From Terrimicrobiaceae bacterium (GTDB lineage Bacteria > Verrucomicrobiota > Verrucomicrobiia > Chthoniobacterales > Terrimicrobiaceae), in NCBI GenBank assembly GCA_041674265.1, contig JBAYWC010000002.1, positions 8,380-72,379 on the forward strand: DNA of 64,000 nt, read 5' to 3'. Every line of letters begins with the position of its first letter. Position 1 is the first letter of the stretch. The position numbers and the translations under genes were made by a program. Of the stretch, positions 1-10,257 are shown in pieces. The notes beneath the pieces are model-generated. The model saw nothing but the letters and a program-made list of their open reading frames with translations. It was not told the origin of the DNA and ran no database searches.

Positions 1-130
1 GGTCGCGCAGATCGATAAAAATCACGCCGCCGTGGTCGCGCCGCGAATCCACCCACCCGCTGAGGGTCACGGTGATCCCGGCATCTTCCGAGCGAAGGGC
101 GTTGCAGTGGTGGGTGCGGTAGGTCATCAT
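1..130 (-). CDS. aspS: aspartate--tRNA ligase, N-terminal ~43 codons only (gene runs off the window start)
   Basis: Reverse translation from ATG at 130 reads [43 protein letters not shown], the typical AspRS OB-fold opening. It is absent from the ORF track because it has no stop inside the window. Confidence 0.8.
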   Translation of the reverse strand, partial: MMTYRTHHCNALRSEDAGITVTLSGWVDSRRDHGGVIFIDLRD

Positions 131-216
131 GGGAAAAGTTTTACGTTTAGCGGGAATTTCCCGTTTAACAAGACCTTGCGGAAAAGCGGGCAAGCATCCG
201 GGCGCCTCTGTGAGAG

Positions 217-2586
217 TTGCAATCGGCGATGGACGGCCAGGGAGCGTGTGGGGCGCGGCGGCCCGATGCGAGAGCCTGGGCCCCAAGCATCCCCTGCTTG
301 CCCGGGCAGCAGTTGCATGGTAAGAGAACGGCCTGTTTGGACAACGTCGAAAATATACGCCCGCTGGCCGCTCCCCGCTTCCCGGGGAGCCGCTTCTTGG
401 AACCGGCAGGCGCCCTCTTCGGTGATCCGGCATTCCGCTACGGCTTGAAGTTCGGTTTGGCAGGAAGTCTCGCGGTTTTCCTCTCTTTGTGGGCGCGCTT
501 GGACGAGCCCGGGTGGGCGCTCTTCACCGTTTTCGTGCTGATGGTGGCCCAATATGTGGGCGCGATTGCCGAGAAGTCTATTTTCCGTCTGATGGGAACG
601 GTGGTGGGCGGCGTGGCCGGGTATCTGATCACCGGGGCCTTCGAGCAGGACCCGCTGATTTTTCTGGCGCTGATCGGCCTGATGGTGGGTGCCTGCACGG
701 CGCTCTTCGGCCAGAGCCGGTATCCTTATGCGTTCCTGCTCTGCGGGATGACAGCGCTCGTGGTGGCGGGAAACGGGATGGGAAATCCGGACAATTCCTG
801 GACATTCATGCTCTCGAGGATCGAAGAGATCCTGGTGGGGATCGTGGTCACCATGGTGGTGCAAAGCGTCCTTTGGCCGCGCTACGCGAGGGTGGAATTT
901 CTCGCCCATCTGCGGGCCTCGTTTGGCGATCTGAGGGAGTGTTTGCTGGATGCCCCCGGAATCCGCGGGCAGGCGGAGGGGTTTTCCGGGGCGCGCCGGG
1001 CGAGGGATTTTCCGGGGAGAATTTCCGGGCTGCGGGCGCTCCTGGAGTTCGGTTCGAGAGAAAGCCTTCATTTCCGCAGGCGGTTGGAGACGTATTTCGA
1101 ACTCACCGTTTGCCTCGGAAAAATCGCCGGCGCGATCGCGACGCTGCGCGAGCCGGTTCCGCCCGACTCGGCCTATCGGCGGCAGGCGGGGGAAGCGCTC
1201 GCCACTCTCCACGCCGCGCTGGCAGGGGCGCTGGAAGACTTGGCAGGCAAAACTTCTTCGCGCGCCTCCCGGGCGGCGAGGCGGACGGCCCTCTCGGAAG
1301 CGTTTGAGCAGCTGGATGGAAAATTCTACGAAATGAGAAACAACCAGGCGATCCGGAGCATCCCCGCGGACCAGGCGCTGGTCATGGGCCTGCACGTCTC
1401 CGGGCTGGATGACATCCGGGCCCGGATCGAAAAAGCCCACGAACTTCTGGATTCCCTGCCCGAGGATCCGATGCAGCGGGAATTCACCCCCATCCCCCTG
1501 GTTTCTCCCTGGCCGCCGCCTTTTTGGATCAGGGCCGGAATCAAGTCCGGGCTGGCTGTGATCGCCGCATTTCTCATCGACAATTGGCTGAGGCCGCCCG
1601 GCGGGCCGATGTTCATCCTGGGGACATGGGTTTTCACGGCCATGAACGCGGCGAGCCCGGGCGGCCAGGGGGACCGCCGCGCCTTTCACCTCATTCCCTT
1701 GAACGTATCGGCTCTGGCGGGCCTGAGCCTCGTGCTCCTCGCCGCCAGGCCGATGCTTTCGAGTTACGCGGCGATGAACACGCTGATCTTCGCCTGGCTT
1801 TTTGCCTGGGGTTACATGTCTTTCAAAACGCGTGGCATGACGATCCCGATGCAGCTCGGCATGCTTGTGATCGTGGGGATCCTCGGGCTCAACGGCCAGG
1901 AACCGATCAGCTTCCAGGCGATCGCGGGTTTCTTTTTCGGAATTGCGCTGGCGCTGGTGCTTTCGGCCTCGTTCCAGCGCCTGCTCTGGCCGTCGCTCCC
2001 GCAGTGGGAAATTCGCGACCGCTTCGCGGAGGCGACCGGCATTTGCCGCAAGATGCTGGCGCGGGAAGCCGTCCCGCTCTGGATGAAAACCCGGCTCGCC
2101 CTGATCCCCGGCGAGGTGGACGTGCGGCTGGATCACCTGGAACAACCGATCTGCCCGGAAGGGGAACCCGCCCTGCTCAGGTCCCTCATGCTTTCCATCG
2201 CGAGCCTGGGCGGCAACCTCTCCATCACGCTCGACCGATTTCCTCCCGCCGATGTTCCGGGGGATGCGCTCGAAGCCGGCAGAAAACAGATCCGACGCCT
2301 GGAGGCGCTCTTCGAAGCGCGGTTGGAGGCCGTCCAAACCGCGTTTCAGAAGGGGCAGACCCGGCAAATGGATGAAACCGAAATCCACGGCGCGATGGAA
2401 AACTGGAGGGGATGGGCTTTGGAGACCCGGAATTCCCTGCTGGAAGCCAACCGCCATCCGCTTTCGATTGCCCGGATCACGGGATTCGCCGAGCGCTACC
2501 ATTTGATGGGAGAGGGCATTCTCGAGATCGACCGGCAGTTCGCCCGCTTGCGCCTGCCCCTCTACATGGGCGATTATTCGCTGTAA
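217..2586 (+). CDS. FUSC-family (fusaric acid resistance / AaeB-like) membrane efflux protein; true start uncertain
   Basis: 789-aa ORF. Hydrophobic helix clusters sit at both ends of a long soluble helical middle. The opening [34 protein letters not shown] is typical of the family. The 5' end may use a later non-ATG start. Confidence 0.7.
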   Translation: MQSAMDGQGACGARRPDARAWAPSIPCLPGQQLHGKRTACLDNVENIRPLAAPRFPGSRFLEPAGALFGDPAFRYGLKFGLAGSLAVFLSLWARLDEPGWALFTVFVLMVAQYVGAIAEKSIFRLMGTVVGGVAGYLITGAFEQDPLIFLALIGLMVGACTALFGQSRYPYAFLLCGMTALVVAGNGMGNPDNSWTFMLSRIEEILVGIVVTMVVQSVLWPRYARVEFLAHLRASFGDLRECLLDAPGIRGQAEGFSGARRARDFPGRISGLRALLEFGSRESLHFRRRLETYFELTVCLGKIAGAIATLREPVPPDSAYRRQAGEALATLHAALAGALEDLAGKTSSRASRAARRTALSEAFEQLDGKFYEMRNNQAIRSIPADQALVMGLHVSGLDDIRARIEKAHELLDSLPEDPMQREFTPIPLVSPWPPPFWIRAGIKSGLAVIAAFLIDNWLRPPGGPMFILGTWVFTAMNAASPGGQGDRRAFHLIPLNVSALAGLSLVLLAARPMLSSYAAMNTLIFAWLFAWGYMSFKTRGMTIPMQLGMLVIVGILGLNGQEPISFQAIAGFFFGIALALVLSASFQRLLWPSLPQWEIRDRFAEATGICRKMLAREAVPLWMKTRLALIPGEVDVRLDHLEQPICPEGEPALLRSLMLSIASLGGNLSITLDRFPPADVPGDALEAGRKQIRRLEALFEARLEAVQTAFQKGQTRQMDETEIHGAMENWRGWALETRNSLLEANRHPLSIARITGFAERYHLMGEGILEIDRQFARLRLPLYMGDYSL

Positions 2587-2702
2587 CCCGGATAAATCAC
2601 AGAGGGGTGGAGCCGAACTGTTCCAGCCAATGATCCTGCGGCCATGAGATCCCTGCACGTTTTCGATTCGCAAGATTTCCAGAGCGGTTCATAATCCACG
2701 GC

Positions 2703-3218
2703 ATGAACGAAGAATTCCCCAAAGCCCATCTGGAGTCGCTGTGGTCACCGTGGCGGGTCGAGTATTTCCAGGCAGAGCACCGGACGGGCGGGGATTTTCT
2801 CACCGAGGCCGCGCGGACGGATGACGATGCCGCCCATTTGGTCGTCACGAGAAGGAAATCCGCTTTGCTGATCATGAACAAGTACCCCTACTCCGCAGGA
2901 CATCTGATGGCTGTTCCCTATCGGAAGACTCATCGGATGGAAGATCTCACCGGGGGGGAGGTTCTCGAATTGTGGGAACTGGCAATCCACGCGCAGAAGT
3001 TGTTGGCGCAGGCGGTCAAGGCACAGGGGTTCAATATCGGCTGGAATCTTGGGAAAGCCGCCGGAGCGGGCGTCGAGGGCCACCTCCACATCCACATCGT
3101 CCCCCGCTGGATGGGCGACTCGAACTTCATCGCCGTGATCGGAAACACCCGCATCATCCCCGAGGGCCTGCAGCCGCTCTACGAGTGCCTGGTGAAAATT
3201 CAGGGCGAACTCCCATGA
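2703..3218 (+). CDS. HIT-family nucleotide hydrolase/transferase
   Basis: 171 aa with NKYPYSAGHLM and the histidine-triad motif HLHIHIVPRW. Confidence 0.85.
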   Translation: MNEEFPKAHLESLWSPWRVEYFQAEHRTGGDFLTEAARTDDDAAHLVVTRRKSALLIMNKYPYSAGHLMAVPYRKTHRMEDLTGGEVLELWELAIHAQKLLAQAVKAQGFNIGWNLGKAAGAGVEGHLHIHIVPRWMGDSNFIAVIGNTRIIPEGLQPLYECLVKIQGELP

Positions 3219-3993
3219 CGTTCTCGTCTCGCGGGCGGATTCTGGCGGGAGGAAGCGGCATCGAGCAATTGATGGACGATCTCGGGCACGCGCTGGCCGC
3301 CTCGGGCGCTTCGCCCCACATGCTCGGAGGGGGAAACCCGGCCCACATCCCGGGCATGGAGGAAATCTGGCGCCGCCGCATGGAGGAGATCACCGGCGAT
3401 CCGCCGCGCGCTCGCCATTTACGATCCGCCACGCGGAAACCCCGGCTGCATCCGCTGGCTGGCGGAACTCCTCCGGGAAGAATGCGGCTGGCTTCGGGCT
3501 TCCCGGCACGAGAACCGCCTTCGTGGTCGGGCCGCCGGAAATTGCCTCGGCGATTTCCTCGATGATGGCGGTCACCGGCCTCGCGAACGGGAACTTTGGC
3601 CAGGCGATCGCCGGGCCGCTCCTCGAGAGCCGGCAGGTCCTCGGCCTGGGCCGGGAAGTGATCAGGCCGTTCTATCTTCGAAAACGGAACGCGGCACTGG
3701 CAGACATCGCCGAGTTTTTTCCGGGCGACATACCCTACGCGCTGCACGAGAGCGAAGGGGCCATGTTCCTCTGGATCTGGGTCGAAAATTCCCGGCGTTC
3801 CTCCCGCGAACTCTACGAAAACCTCAAGAAACGCGGCGTCCTGGTGGTTCCCGGAGAGTACTTTTTCTTCGGCCTGCCTGAAGACGGTTGGAGACACCGC
3901 CACGAATGCCTGGGGGTTTCTTTCGCCATGCCGGACGAGGAAGTCCGCGCAGGGCTGCGGATCATCGCCGAGGAGATCGCCTGTGAACGCTAA
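3215..3993 (+). pseudogene. avtA: valine--pyruvate aminotransferase (AvtA-like) remnant with two frame changes and a large internal deletion
   Basis: The start ATG overlaps the HIT stop (ATGA). AvtA-like sequence is split over three frames. Frame 2 (3215-~3404) reads MTFSSRGRILAGGSGIEQLMDDL...GGGNPAHIPGMEE. Frame 0 (~3408-3491) reads ALAIYDPPRGNPGCIRWLAELLREECGW. Frame 1 (~3490-3993) reads GFGLPGTRTAFVVGPPEIASAISSMMAV...FLWIWVE...GVLVVPGEYFF. The total is only ~259 codons, and the SxSK PLP-lysine segment is missing. Confidence 0.7.
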
Positions 3994-4736
3994 AAATCCT
4001 CGAATCGGTTGACCCGGAACGGGCTCTTCCGTTCCGGCGGAGGTTTCAAGGAGGCCGGTTTGCCCGGAGATGTCTTGGCATTGCCACGCAGGACCGATTC
4101 GTCGGTCGGAGGGGAAACGACATTTCCCGTCCTGTAGGTATTGACAGCGATCATCGCGCTGCGGCCTCCGCCGGCAAGCTTCCGCCGGGAGGCGATGAAT
4201 TCGCCGGGACGGTAATAATTTGTGAGATCCCGGCGGAACGCGGACCGGTTGATCCCGATATCCAGGTTTTTTCGGATTTCAAAATGCAGGTGCGCGACAT
4301 ACATGCCGCGGTTCGTTCCGATCGTCCCGACCTGTTGTCCGCGCGTCATTTGTTGGCCCTCCCGGACCACGATTTTATCCAGGTGGGCATACATCGAGTC
4401 CACCGTCTGCAACCGCCCATTTTCCATGAAGATGTGCCGGATCAAAACCACATTCCCCCACCCCATGCGGGCATCGCGGGCAAACGTGACATATCCGTTG
4501 GCGATCGCATAGACCGGCGCGCCCAAATCGCTGTTGCCGCCGTGAAGCCCATTCCAATCCTCCCCCGGATGGTAGGGGAGGAACCCGCGCGACTTGTAGT
4601 AGCCCTCGGCATCCGGCTTCCCAACCGGCTGGTCGAATCCGTCAGCGATCCGCGTCCGCACCTGATCCGGTTGCGGGGCAGCAACGAGACCCGACAGCAG
4701 GCAGAGAAGGGCGATCCAAAAAAACCATCTTCGCAT
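3990..4736 (-). CDS. M23-family peptidoglycan metalloendopeptidase, secreted
   Basis: Signal peptide MRRWFFWIALLCLLSGLVAA. M23 motifs HPGEDW, GNVVLIRH and AHLHFEIR are present. Confidence 0.85.
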   Translation of the reverse strand: MRRWFFWIALLCLLSGLVAAPQPDQVRTRIADGFDQPVGKPDAEGYYKSRGFLPYHPGEDWNGLHGGNSDLGAPVYAIANGYVTFARDARMGWGNVVLIRHIFMENGRLQTVDSMYAHLDKIVVREGQQMTRGQQVGTIGTNRGMYVAHLHFEIRKNLDIGINRSAFRRDLTNYYRPGEFIASRRKLAGGGRSAMIAVNTYRTGNVVSPPTDESVLRGNAKTSPGKPASLKPPPERKSPFRVNRFEDF

Positions 4737-4915
4737 GGACCGCTCAAATTACGATGCGGACGGGCAATGCGCAACAACTCCTCTGCCTTTGGCCTTGCTC
4801 TTCGAGGGCGGGCTTGGCACAGGGGATCGATGGCCGGACCGTCCGCTTGCGATTTTGACGCAAAATTTTCGCCCCAACGATCCGGGAATGGCCGGCGGGC
4901 ACGAATTGCGCTTGA

Positions 4916-6838
4916 ATGAAAAAACCAGTGCCGAAACGAATCCCAGTCCGGGCGAAAAAGCGGAAAAAATCCTCCCTGCGGAGACGCAGGCACCGGGTAT
5001 CGGGTGCCCTGTTGAAAATCGGGCTGGTAACCCTGCTTCTTTGGGCCGTGGTGGGGCTCTTTTATTATGCCTGGGCGTTGGGCTTCGATCTGCGGACGAT
5101 CCACGAGATGGACCAGCGGTCGGTCGTTTATGATTTCCAGGGAAACTTTTACAGCCGGCTGGCGGGCGAGAACCGCATCGTCGTTCCGTTCGACAAGGTC
5201 TCGAACGATTTTGTCAACGCGCTCATCAGCCGTGAGGACACCCGGTTCTACAGGCACCACGGGGTGGATCCGATCGGGGTCGCCCGCGCCGTGGTGCGGA
5301 ACCTCGTTCTCGGCGGCTTCCGCGAGGGCGCCAGCACGATCACCCAGCAACTCGCCCGCAACAGCTTTCCCCTCGGAGGAAAAAACCTCCACCGCAAACT
5401 GATCGAGGCCGCGCTGGCCTTCCGGATCGAAACCGAGCTGACGAAGGAAGAGATCCTCGAAGCGTATATGAACCGGATCTATTTCGGCTCCGGCACCTAT
5501 GGAATCGAGGCGGCCAGCCAGACCTACTTCGGCAAGCCGGCTTCGCGGCTGAATTTGCACCAGTCGGCCACGCTGGCCGGATTGATCCGGAGCCCGGGCC
5601 GGTTTTCGCCGCTCAACAATCCGAAAGGGTCCGTGCGCGAAAGAAACACGGTTCTGAAAAGAATGTCCGACATCGGTCTCATCACGGGCGCCCAACGGGA
5701 CGAGGCCCAGGCCGAGGAACTTGTCACCGTTTCGAAAACGCGCATTTCCCTCGAGGACAACTGGGCGATGGATGCCATCCTCCGCGATCTCGACATGGTC
5801 CTCGATCCGGGCCAGATGGATGCGGGCGGGCTGAAAATTTATTCCACCATCGACGGGGGGCTCCAGAAATCCGCGGAAGAATCCGTCGCCAGGCGGCTCC
5901 GTGAAATCGAATCCCAGCCCGGCTACCCGCACCGGCCGGCGGGCGCCTTTGCGGGCAAAGCGTTGGATGCGGAAAAATCCGCCCCCTACCTGGAGGCGGC
6001 GGCCCTCGCGATGGACAACGAATCGGGCGGGATTCGCGCGATTGTGGGAGGCCGCGACTACGGGCGCAGCAAGTTCCACCGCGCGCTCTTCGGCCGCCGT
6101 CAGATCGGCTCGACGGTCAAGCCGTTTGTTTATGCCGAGGCGTTCGAGAAGGGGCTGAACCCCTCGGATCCGGTGGACGACGGCAGGCTTGGCCCCGGGG
6201 AAATTCCTTCCCGCTACGGGGCCTATGACCCCGCGAACTCCGATGGAACGTATTTGGGAATCCGCCCGGCAGGCGATGGGCTGGTGGATTCCCGGAACAC
6301 GATGACCGTGCGCATCGGACTGCGCGCCGGAATCGACGACATCGCCGATCTCATCACGCGGGTGGGCCTCTGCAAAAAGCCGCCCCGCTACCCTTCCTTG
6401 TGCCTGGGGACCTTCGAAACGAATCTCAAGGACCTCACCGCGGCCTACACCGTCTTTGCGACCGGGGGCACGAAACTCCAACCTTATCTCATCGAGCGCG
6501 TGACCGATGCCGAGGGCCATCTGCTGTACAAGGCGACCGGCGGGCGTCTCCGGATTTTCTCCCCCCAGGCCGCCAAAATGACCACGGAACTGCTCGGGGA
6601 GGTTGTCGGGAGGGGAACCGCCTCGCGAGCCCATGATCTCGGGCTGCGCGGCGCCGCTGCGGGGAAGACAGGGACCACCGACAAGTTCGTCGATGCCTGG
6701 TTTCTCGGCTTCGATTCCCGGCTGACATGCGGGGTCTGGGTCGGATTCGATCAGCCCAAAACCATCCGCCCCGGCGGCTACGGCGCCACCCTCGCCCTCC
6801 CGATCTGGGTGGATATCATCCAGGCGGCGAAAAAATAA
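4916..6838 (+). CDS. class A penicillin-binding protein (PBP1A-type transglycosylase/transpeptidase)
   Basis: N-terminal TM helix. GT51 motifs EDTRFYRHHGVD and GASTITQQLARN. Transpeptidase motifs STVKP, SRN and KTGTT. Confidence 0.9.
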   Translation: MKKPVPKRIPVRAKKRKKSSLRRRRHRVSGALLKIGLVTLLLWAVVGLFYYAWALGFDLRTIHEMDQRSVVYDFQGNFYSRLAGENRIVVPFDKVSNDFVNALISREDTRFYRHHGVDPIGVARAVVRNLVLGGFREGASTITQQLARNSFPLGGKNLHRKLIEAALAFRIETELTKEEILEAYMNRIYFGSGTYGIEAASQTYFGKPASRLNLHQSATLAGLIRSPGRFSPLNNPKGSVRERNTVLKRMSDIGLITGAQRDEAQAEELVTVSKTRISLEDNWAMDAILRDLDMVLDPGQMDAGGLKIYSTIDGGLQKSAEESVARRLREIESQPGYPHRPAGAFAGKALDAEKSAPYLEAAALAMDNESGGIRAIVGGRDYGRSKFHRALFGRRQIGSTVKPFVYAEAFEKGLNPSDPVDDGRLGPGEIPSRYGAYDPANSDGTYLGIRPAGDGLVDSRNTMTVRIGLRAGIDDIADLITRVGLCKKPPRYPSLCLGTFETNLKDLTAAYTVFATGGTKLQPYLIERVTDAEGHLLYKATGGRLRIFSPQAAKMTTELLGEVVGRGTASRAHDLGLRGAAAGKTGTTDKFVDAWFLGFDSRLTCGVWVGFDQPKTIRPGGYGATLALPIWVDIIQAAKK

Positions 6839-6863
6839 ACGCGTTGATAATCTGATTTTAAGC

Positions 6864-7601
6864 TCACCGGTCCGATTTGGGGCCTTCTTTGAGCTTCACA
6901 AAAGTCACCCGCCCGGTTTTCAAATCCTGAAGGCCGCCGACGAGCGCGATCTGCCCGTTCTCCAGCATGGAACTCAGGATCTTGCTTTTCTTCAGGATGG
7001 CCCGCATCTGCACGATGACATTCTCCACGGTTGCCCGCTCGACAAGGATTTTATTGTCCGAGGAGCGTGCGCCACCTGTCTCCCGCTCCGCGACCGCCAC
7101 GGCAGGCTCGATCTTTTTAAGCAATCCGGTCAGTTTGCCCAACTCCACCCTGTCCACGGCCCCTCTCACCGCGCCGCAGGAGTTGTGTCCAACGACGGCG
7201 ATCAGCTTGGCCCCGGCCACCTTGCAGGAAAACTCAAGGCTGCCCACGATGTCGTCGTTCACCACATTGCCGGCCACGCGCGCGCAGAAAATGTCGCCGA
7301 TGCCCTGATCAAAGACCTGCTCCGGCGCTGTGCGCGAGTCCAGGCAGCAGACGATTGCCGCATAGGGATATTGCCCAGCCGCCGTGACGCGGGCTTCCTC
7401 CAGCAGGTCGCGATGCGCCGGGCGTCCAGCCACGAAACGATGATTCCCCTCCTTGAGCCGCAGCAAGGCGTCTCTCGGGGTCATCGCGTCCTGGCTCGCC
7501 TTGGTCATCACCGCTGCGGCCGACGGAGCCTCGCCGTGGGAAGACGAGCTGGTGACGATGACCAGAGCCAGGCAGGCAAATGGGAGCGAAGTGATTTTCA
7601 T
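6864..7601 (-). CDS. beta-class carbonic anhydrase with signal peptide
   Basis: CCLDSR and HNSCGAV zinc-ligand motifs. Start set at MKITSLPFACLALV (ATG at 7601) rather than the longer ORF start at 7673. Confidence 0.85.
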   Translation of the reverse strand: MKITSLPFACLALVIVTSSSSHGEAPSAAAVMTKASQDAMTPRDALLRLKEGNHRFVAGRPAHRDLLEEARVTAAGQYPYAAIVCCLDSRTAPEQVFDQGIGDIFCARVAGNVVNDDIVGSLEFSCKVAGAKLIAVVGHNSCGAVRGAVDRVELGKLTGLLKKIEPAVAVAERETGGARSSDNKILVERATVENVIVQMRAILKKSKILSSMLENGQIALVGGLQDLKTGRVTFVKLKEGPKSDR

Positions 7602-7686
7602 GAGAGGTAATTTGTGAGGGAAGGCTTGCAAATGGATGAAAACAAGAGAGCCAACTTTTGTGTAAAAAAACAAGCGGATTGTTTAT

Positions 7687-7747
7687 CCCGAATTCAGCGA
7701 TTCCTCACGCAGGGTCACAGAGATCGCGGAGAAAAGCGGTTTTCGGG
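7687..7747 (+). repeat. dispersed intergenic repeat, copy A (CCCGAATTCAGCGATTC ... GAAAAGCGGTTTTCGGG)
   Basis: Shares both end blocks with 58967-59018. The interior can fold as a hairpin (GCGAT...ATCGC). Confidence 0.6.
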
Positions 7748-7830
7748 TTTATCACAACTGTTCTCGCGATACGGACTTGCGGTCCGACAAAAGCATTGCC
7801 GCAAAATGGAATGTTTTGCGGAGCGTTGTG

Positions 7831-7853
7831 TTATTGTAACAAATTTACAATAA
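7831..7853. promoter_or_regulatory. AT-rich perfect palindrome TTATTGTAA-N5-TTACAATAA
   Basis: 9-bp perfect inverted repeat in a 370-bp intergenic region upstream of the carbonic anhydrase gene. It stands out against GC-rich surroundings. Confidence 0.3.
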
Positions 7854-7928
7854 AAGAGTTCTGGAGCATAGAAACCCCGTAACGGCCCCAGGCCCGTCCA
7901 GCAGTCTGTATTCGCCAAATGGTGCCCG

Positions 7929-7949
7929 CCGGAGGCGGAAAGCCTCCGG
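7929..7949 (-). terminator. hairpin downstream of the bS22-like gene (weak terminator candidate)
   Basis: CCGGAGGC-GGAAA-GCCTCCGG, 8-bp GC stem about 20 nt after the stop. Only a short T-run follows on the minus strand. Confidence 0.3.
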
Positions 7950-7970
7950 GGCGTCGTCAAACCAAGCCGG

Positions 7971-8075
7971 TTACGACTTGTAGCGCAACCGCTTCTTGTG
8001 GCGGTTTTCTTTCATGCGCTTGCGTCGCTTGTGCTTCGCGATCTTCGATTTTCTTTTCTTCTTTAATGAACCCAT
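7971..8075 (-). CDS. small basic ribosomal protein bS22-like (AURKAIP1/COX24-domain family), 34 aa
   Basis: Hand translation gives MGSLKKKRKSKIAKHKRRKRMKENRHKKRLRYKS. This closely resembles the mycobacterial bS22 pattern [25 protein letters not shown]. It is too short for the supplied ORF track. Confidence 0.65.
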   Translation of the reverse strand: MGSLKKKRKSKIAKHKRRKRMKENRHKKRLRYKS

Positions 8076-8090
8076 GGGATTGCGGGGATG

Positions 8091-8969
8091 CTAGTAGACA
8101 ACTTTGTTGAGCGGATACTCGATGATCCCCTCTGCCCCGAGTGTTTTCAGTTTCGGAACGATCTCGCGGACGACTTTTTCTTCAATCACCGTCTCGATGG
8201 CGACCCATCCGGGTTGCGCCAGGGGCGAAACTGTAGGATTCCTCAATGCCGGAAGCGCCTCAAGCAAATTCTTCAGGCTTTTTTCGGGGAGGTTCATTTT
8301 CAGCCCGACGAGGTCCCTCGCCGCGAGCGCCCCGCGCAGAAGCAGGGCGAGGGTGTCGATCTTCTGGCGTTTCCAAGGATCCGCAAAAGCCTGGCTGGAC
8401 GCGAAGAGCGCCGGATACGATTCCATGAGCGTGTCCACAATCCGGAGCTTGTTGGCCCGGAGCGAGGAACCGGTCTCGGTGATGTCCACGATCGCATCCA
8501 CGAGGTCCGGAACCTTGACCTCGGTCGCGCCCCACGAGAACTCGACCTCGGCCTGGACTCCGGCGCGCTCAAAAAACCTCCGCGTGATTCCCACGGCCTC
8601 CGTGGCCACGCGCTTGCCTTCGAGGTCCTTCACCGTGCGGATCGGGGAATCCTCCGGGACGACGAGCACCCAGCGGGTCGGACTCGAACTCGCCTTGCTG
8701 TAGGCCAGGCTCACGACTTCCTCGATTTTGGATTCGTTCTCCTCGACCCAGTCGCGGCCGGTGATTCCGCAATCGAGATACCCATGCTCGATGTAGCGGC
8801 TGATTTCCTGGGCCCGGAGAAGCCGGACGCGCATCTCCGGGTCGTCCACGGCCGGGCGATACGAGCGGCTCGATCCCGCGATCGCGAAGCCGGCTTTGGC
8901 AAAAAGGGATATGGTGGGTTCCATCAAGCTTCCCGAGGGAAGCCCGACAGTGAGAATATTTTCTTCCAT
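8091..8969 (-). CDS. hisG: ATP phosphoribosyltransferase, long form
   Basis: Start set at MEENILTVGLPSGSLMEPTISLFAKAGF. Full-length HisG-like sequence of 292 aa, including the C-terminal regulatory domain. Confidence 0.9.
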   Translation of the reverse strand: MEENILTVGLPSGSLMEPTISLFAKAGFAIAGSSRSYRPAVDDPEMRVRLLRAQEISRYIEHGYLDCGITGRDWVEENESKIEEVVSLAYSKASSSPTRWVLVVPEDSPIRTVKDLEGKRVATEAVGITRRFFERAGVQAEVEFSWGATEVKVPDLVDAIVDITETGSSLRANKLRIVDTLMESYPALFASSQAFADPWKRQKIDTLALLLRGALAARDLVGLKMNLPEKSLKNLLEALPALRNPTVSPLAQPGWVAIETVIEEKVVREIVPKLKTLGAEGIIEYPLNKVVY

Positions 8970-9098
8970 GCGAGCCGGGCAGTCTAAGCGGAAACCTTCG
9001 TTCTTGGCATGCAAATTCTCGCTTGGGGGTTTGCCTGCAGATGCTCTATCCTTGATTTTTTGCCAGCCTCCATTCCTGTGAACCCCGCCCCGACTCCC

Positions 9099-10169
9099 AT
9101 GCCTCCGGCGCCGCCCGACAACCGCGGGCGCTTCCTCGCCGCCTGCCGGTGCAGGCCGGTGGATGGCACGCCGGTCTGGTTGATGCGCCAGGCCGGACGC
9201 GCGCTCCCGGAATATCGGGCGCTGAAAGAAAAGCACCCATTTATCGAACTCGTCCGGACCCCGGAGCTTGCCGCGGAAGTCACCCTGCAGCCGGTCCGTC
9301 GTTTCGGCTTCGATGTCGCGGTTTTGTTCAGTGACATCCTCGTCGTGCCGGAGGCGATGGGCCAGCCGTATCATTTCCGGGAAAATGGCGGCGGGATCGA
9401 AATGGAATTTGCCGTGCGGTCGGCGGAGGACATCCGGCGGCTGGATCACACGCATGCCCTGGAGCGGCTTCAATATGTCGCCGACGCGCTGGCATTGATC
9501 AAACCCGGGCTGGGCGGACGCACCGCTCTGCTGGGCTTTGCGGGATCGCCGTGGACGCTCGCCCGCTACATGATCGAAGGGGGGAGTTCGGGCGACTCCG
9601 ACCGGGCGAAGGCGCTCTTTTATTCCGAACCGCGCCTGTTCGGGGAACTTATGGAAAAAATCACCGCCGTGGTGGCCGGTTTTTTACAAATGCAGGTCGC
9701 CGCCGGCGCGGAGGCGCTGCAGATTTTCGACAGCAACGGCGACATCCTCGCCGACAACGCCTTCGAGGCCGCCTCGGGGCGCTGGATTCGCGAGATCATC
9801 ACGGCGCTGGAGGGAAAAGTGCCGGTGGTCCTTTTCTCCAGAGGGGCGCATGGCAGATTGGCCGATCTTGTCTCTACCGGAGCCAATGTGTTGAGCGTGG
9901 ACTGGATGCAGCCGCTGGCCGGAATCCGCAGGCAGTTGCCGGACGGAGTCGGCGTGCAGGGCAACCTCGATCCTTTTCTGCTCACCACCACGCCGGAACT
10001 CGTCGCGCGCGAAACCACGCGCATCCTGCGCGACATGGCCGGGCTCACCGGCCATGTGTTCAACCTCGGCCACGGGGTGCCGCCGACGGCCAAACTCGAA
10101 TGCATCCAGGCACTCGTGGACACCGTGAGGGATTTTAGAGAAGTAAGAAGGCTGAAGGAGGAAGGATGA
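9099..10169 (+). CDS. hemE: uroporphyrinogen decarboxylase
   Basis: RFLAACRCRPVDGTPVWLMRQAGRALPEYR signature. Start set at the internal ATG at 9099. Confidence 0.9.
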   Translation: MPPAPPDNRGRFLAACRCRPVDGTPVWLMRQAGRALPEYRALKEKHPFIELVRTPELAAEVTLQPVRRFGFDVAVLFSDILVVPEAMGQPYHFRENGGGIEMEFAVRSAEDIRRLDHTHALERLQYVADALALIKPGLGGRTALLGFAGSPWTLARYMIEGGSSGDSDRAKALFYSEPRLFGELMEKITAVVAGFLQMQVAAGAEALQIFDSNGDILADNAFEAASGRWIREIITALEGKVPVVLFSRGAHGRLADLVSTGANVLSVDWMQPLAGIRRQLPDGVGVQGNLDPFLLTTTPELVARETTRILRDMAGLTGHVFNLGHGVPPTAKLECIQALVDTVRDFREVRRLKEEG

Positions 10170-10257
10170 AGTGGCAGCCTCCCGTGCATGGCTTGGCCCT
10201 CGTGGTTACAGGCCCCCGCTTCCTACTTCAGCCTTCAGCCTTCGACCTTTTCTTCCC

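Noticed and set aside
127-2673. 848-aa minus-strand ORF covering the FUSC gene. There are similar very long antisense ORFs at 4442-6634, 10228-11619, 17931-20186, 22251-24653, 42514-45435 and 46012-48366.
   Set aside because: Each lies exactly opposite a gene with clear family motifs. Their translations are Arg/Gly/Pro/Ala-rich low-complexity strings with no motifs. These are typical shadow ORFs of high-GC DNA, where stop codons are rare.
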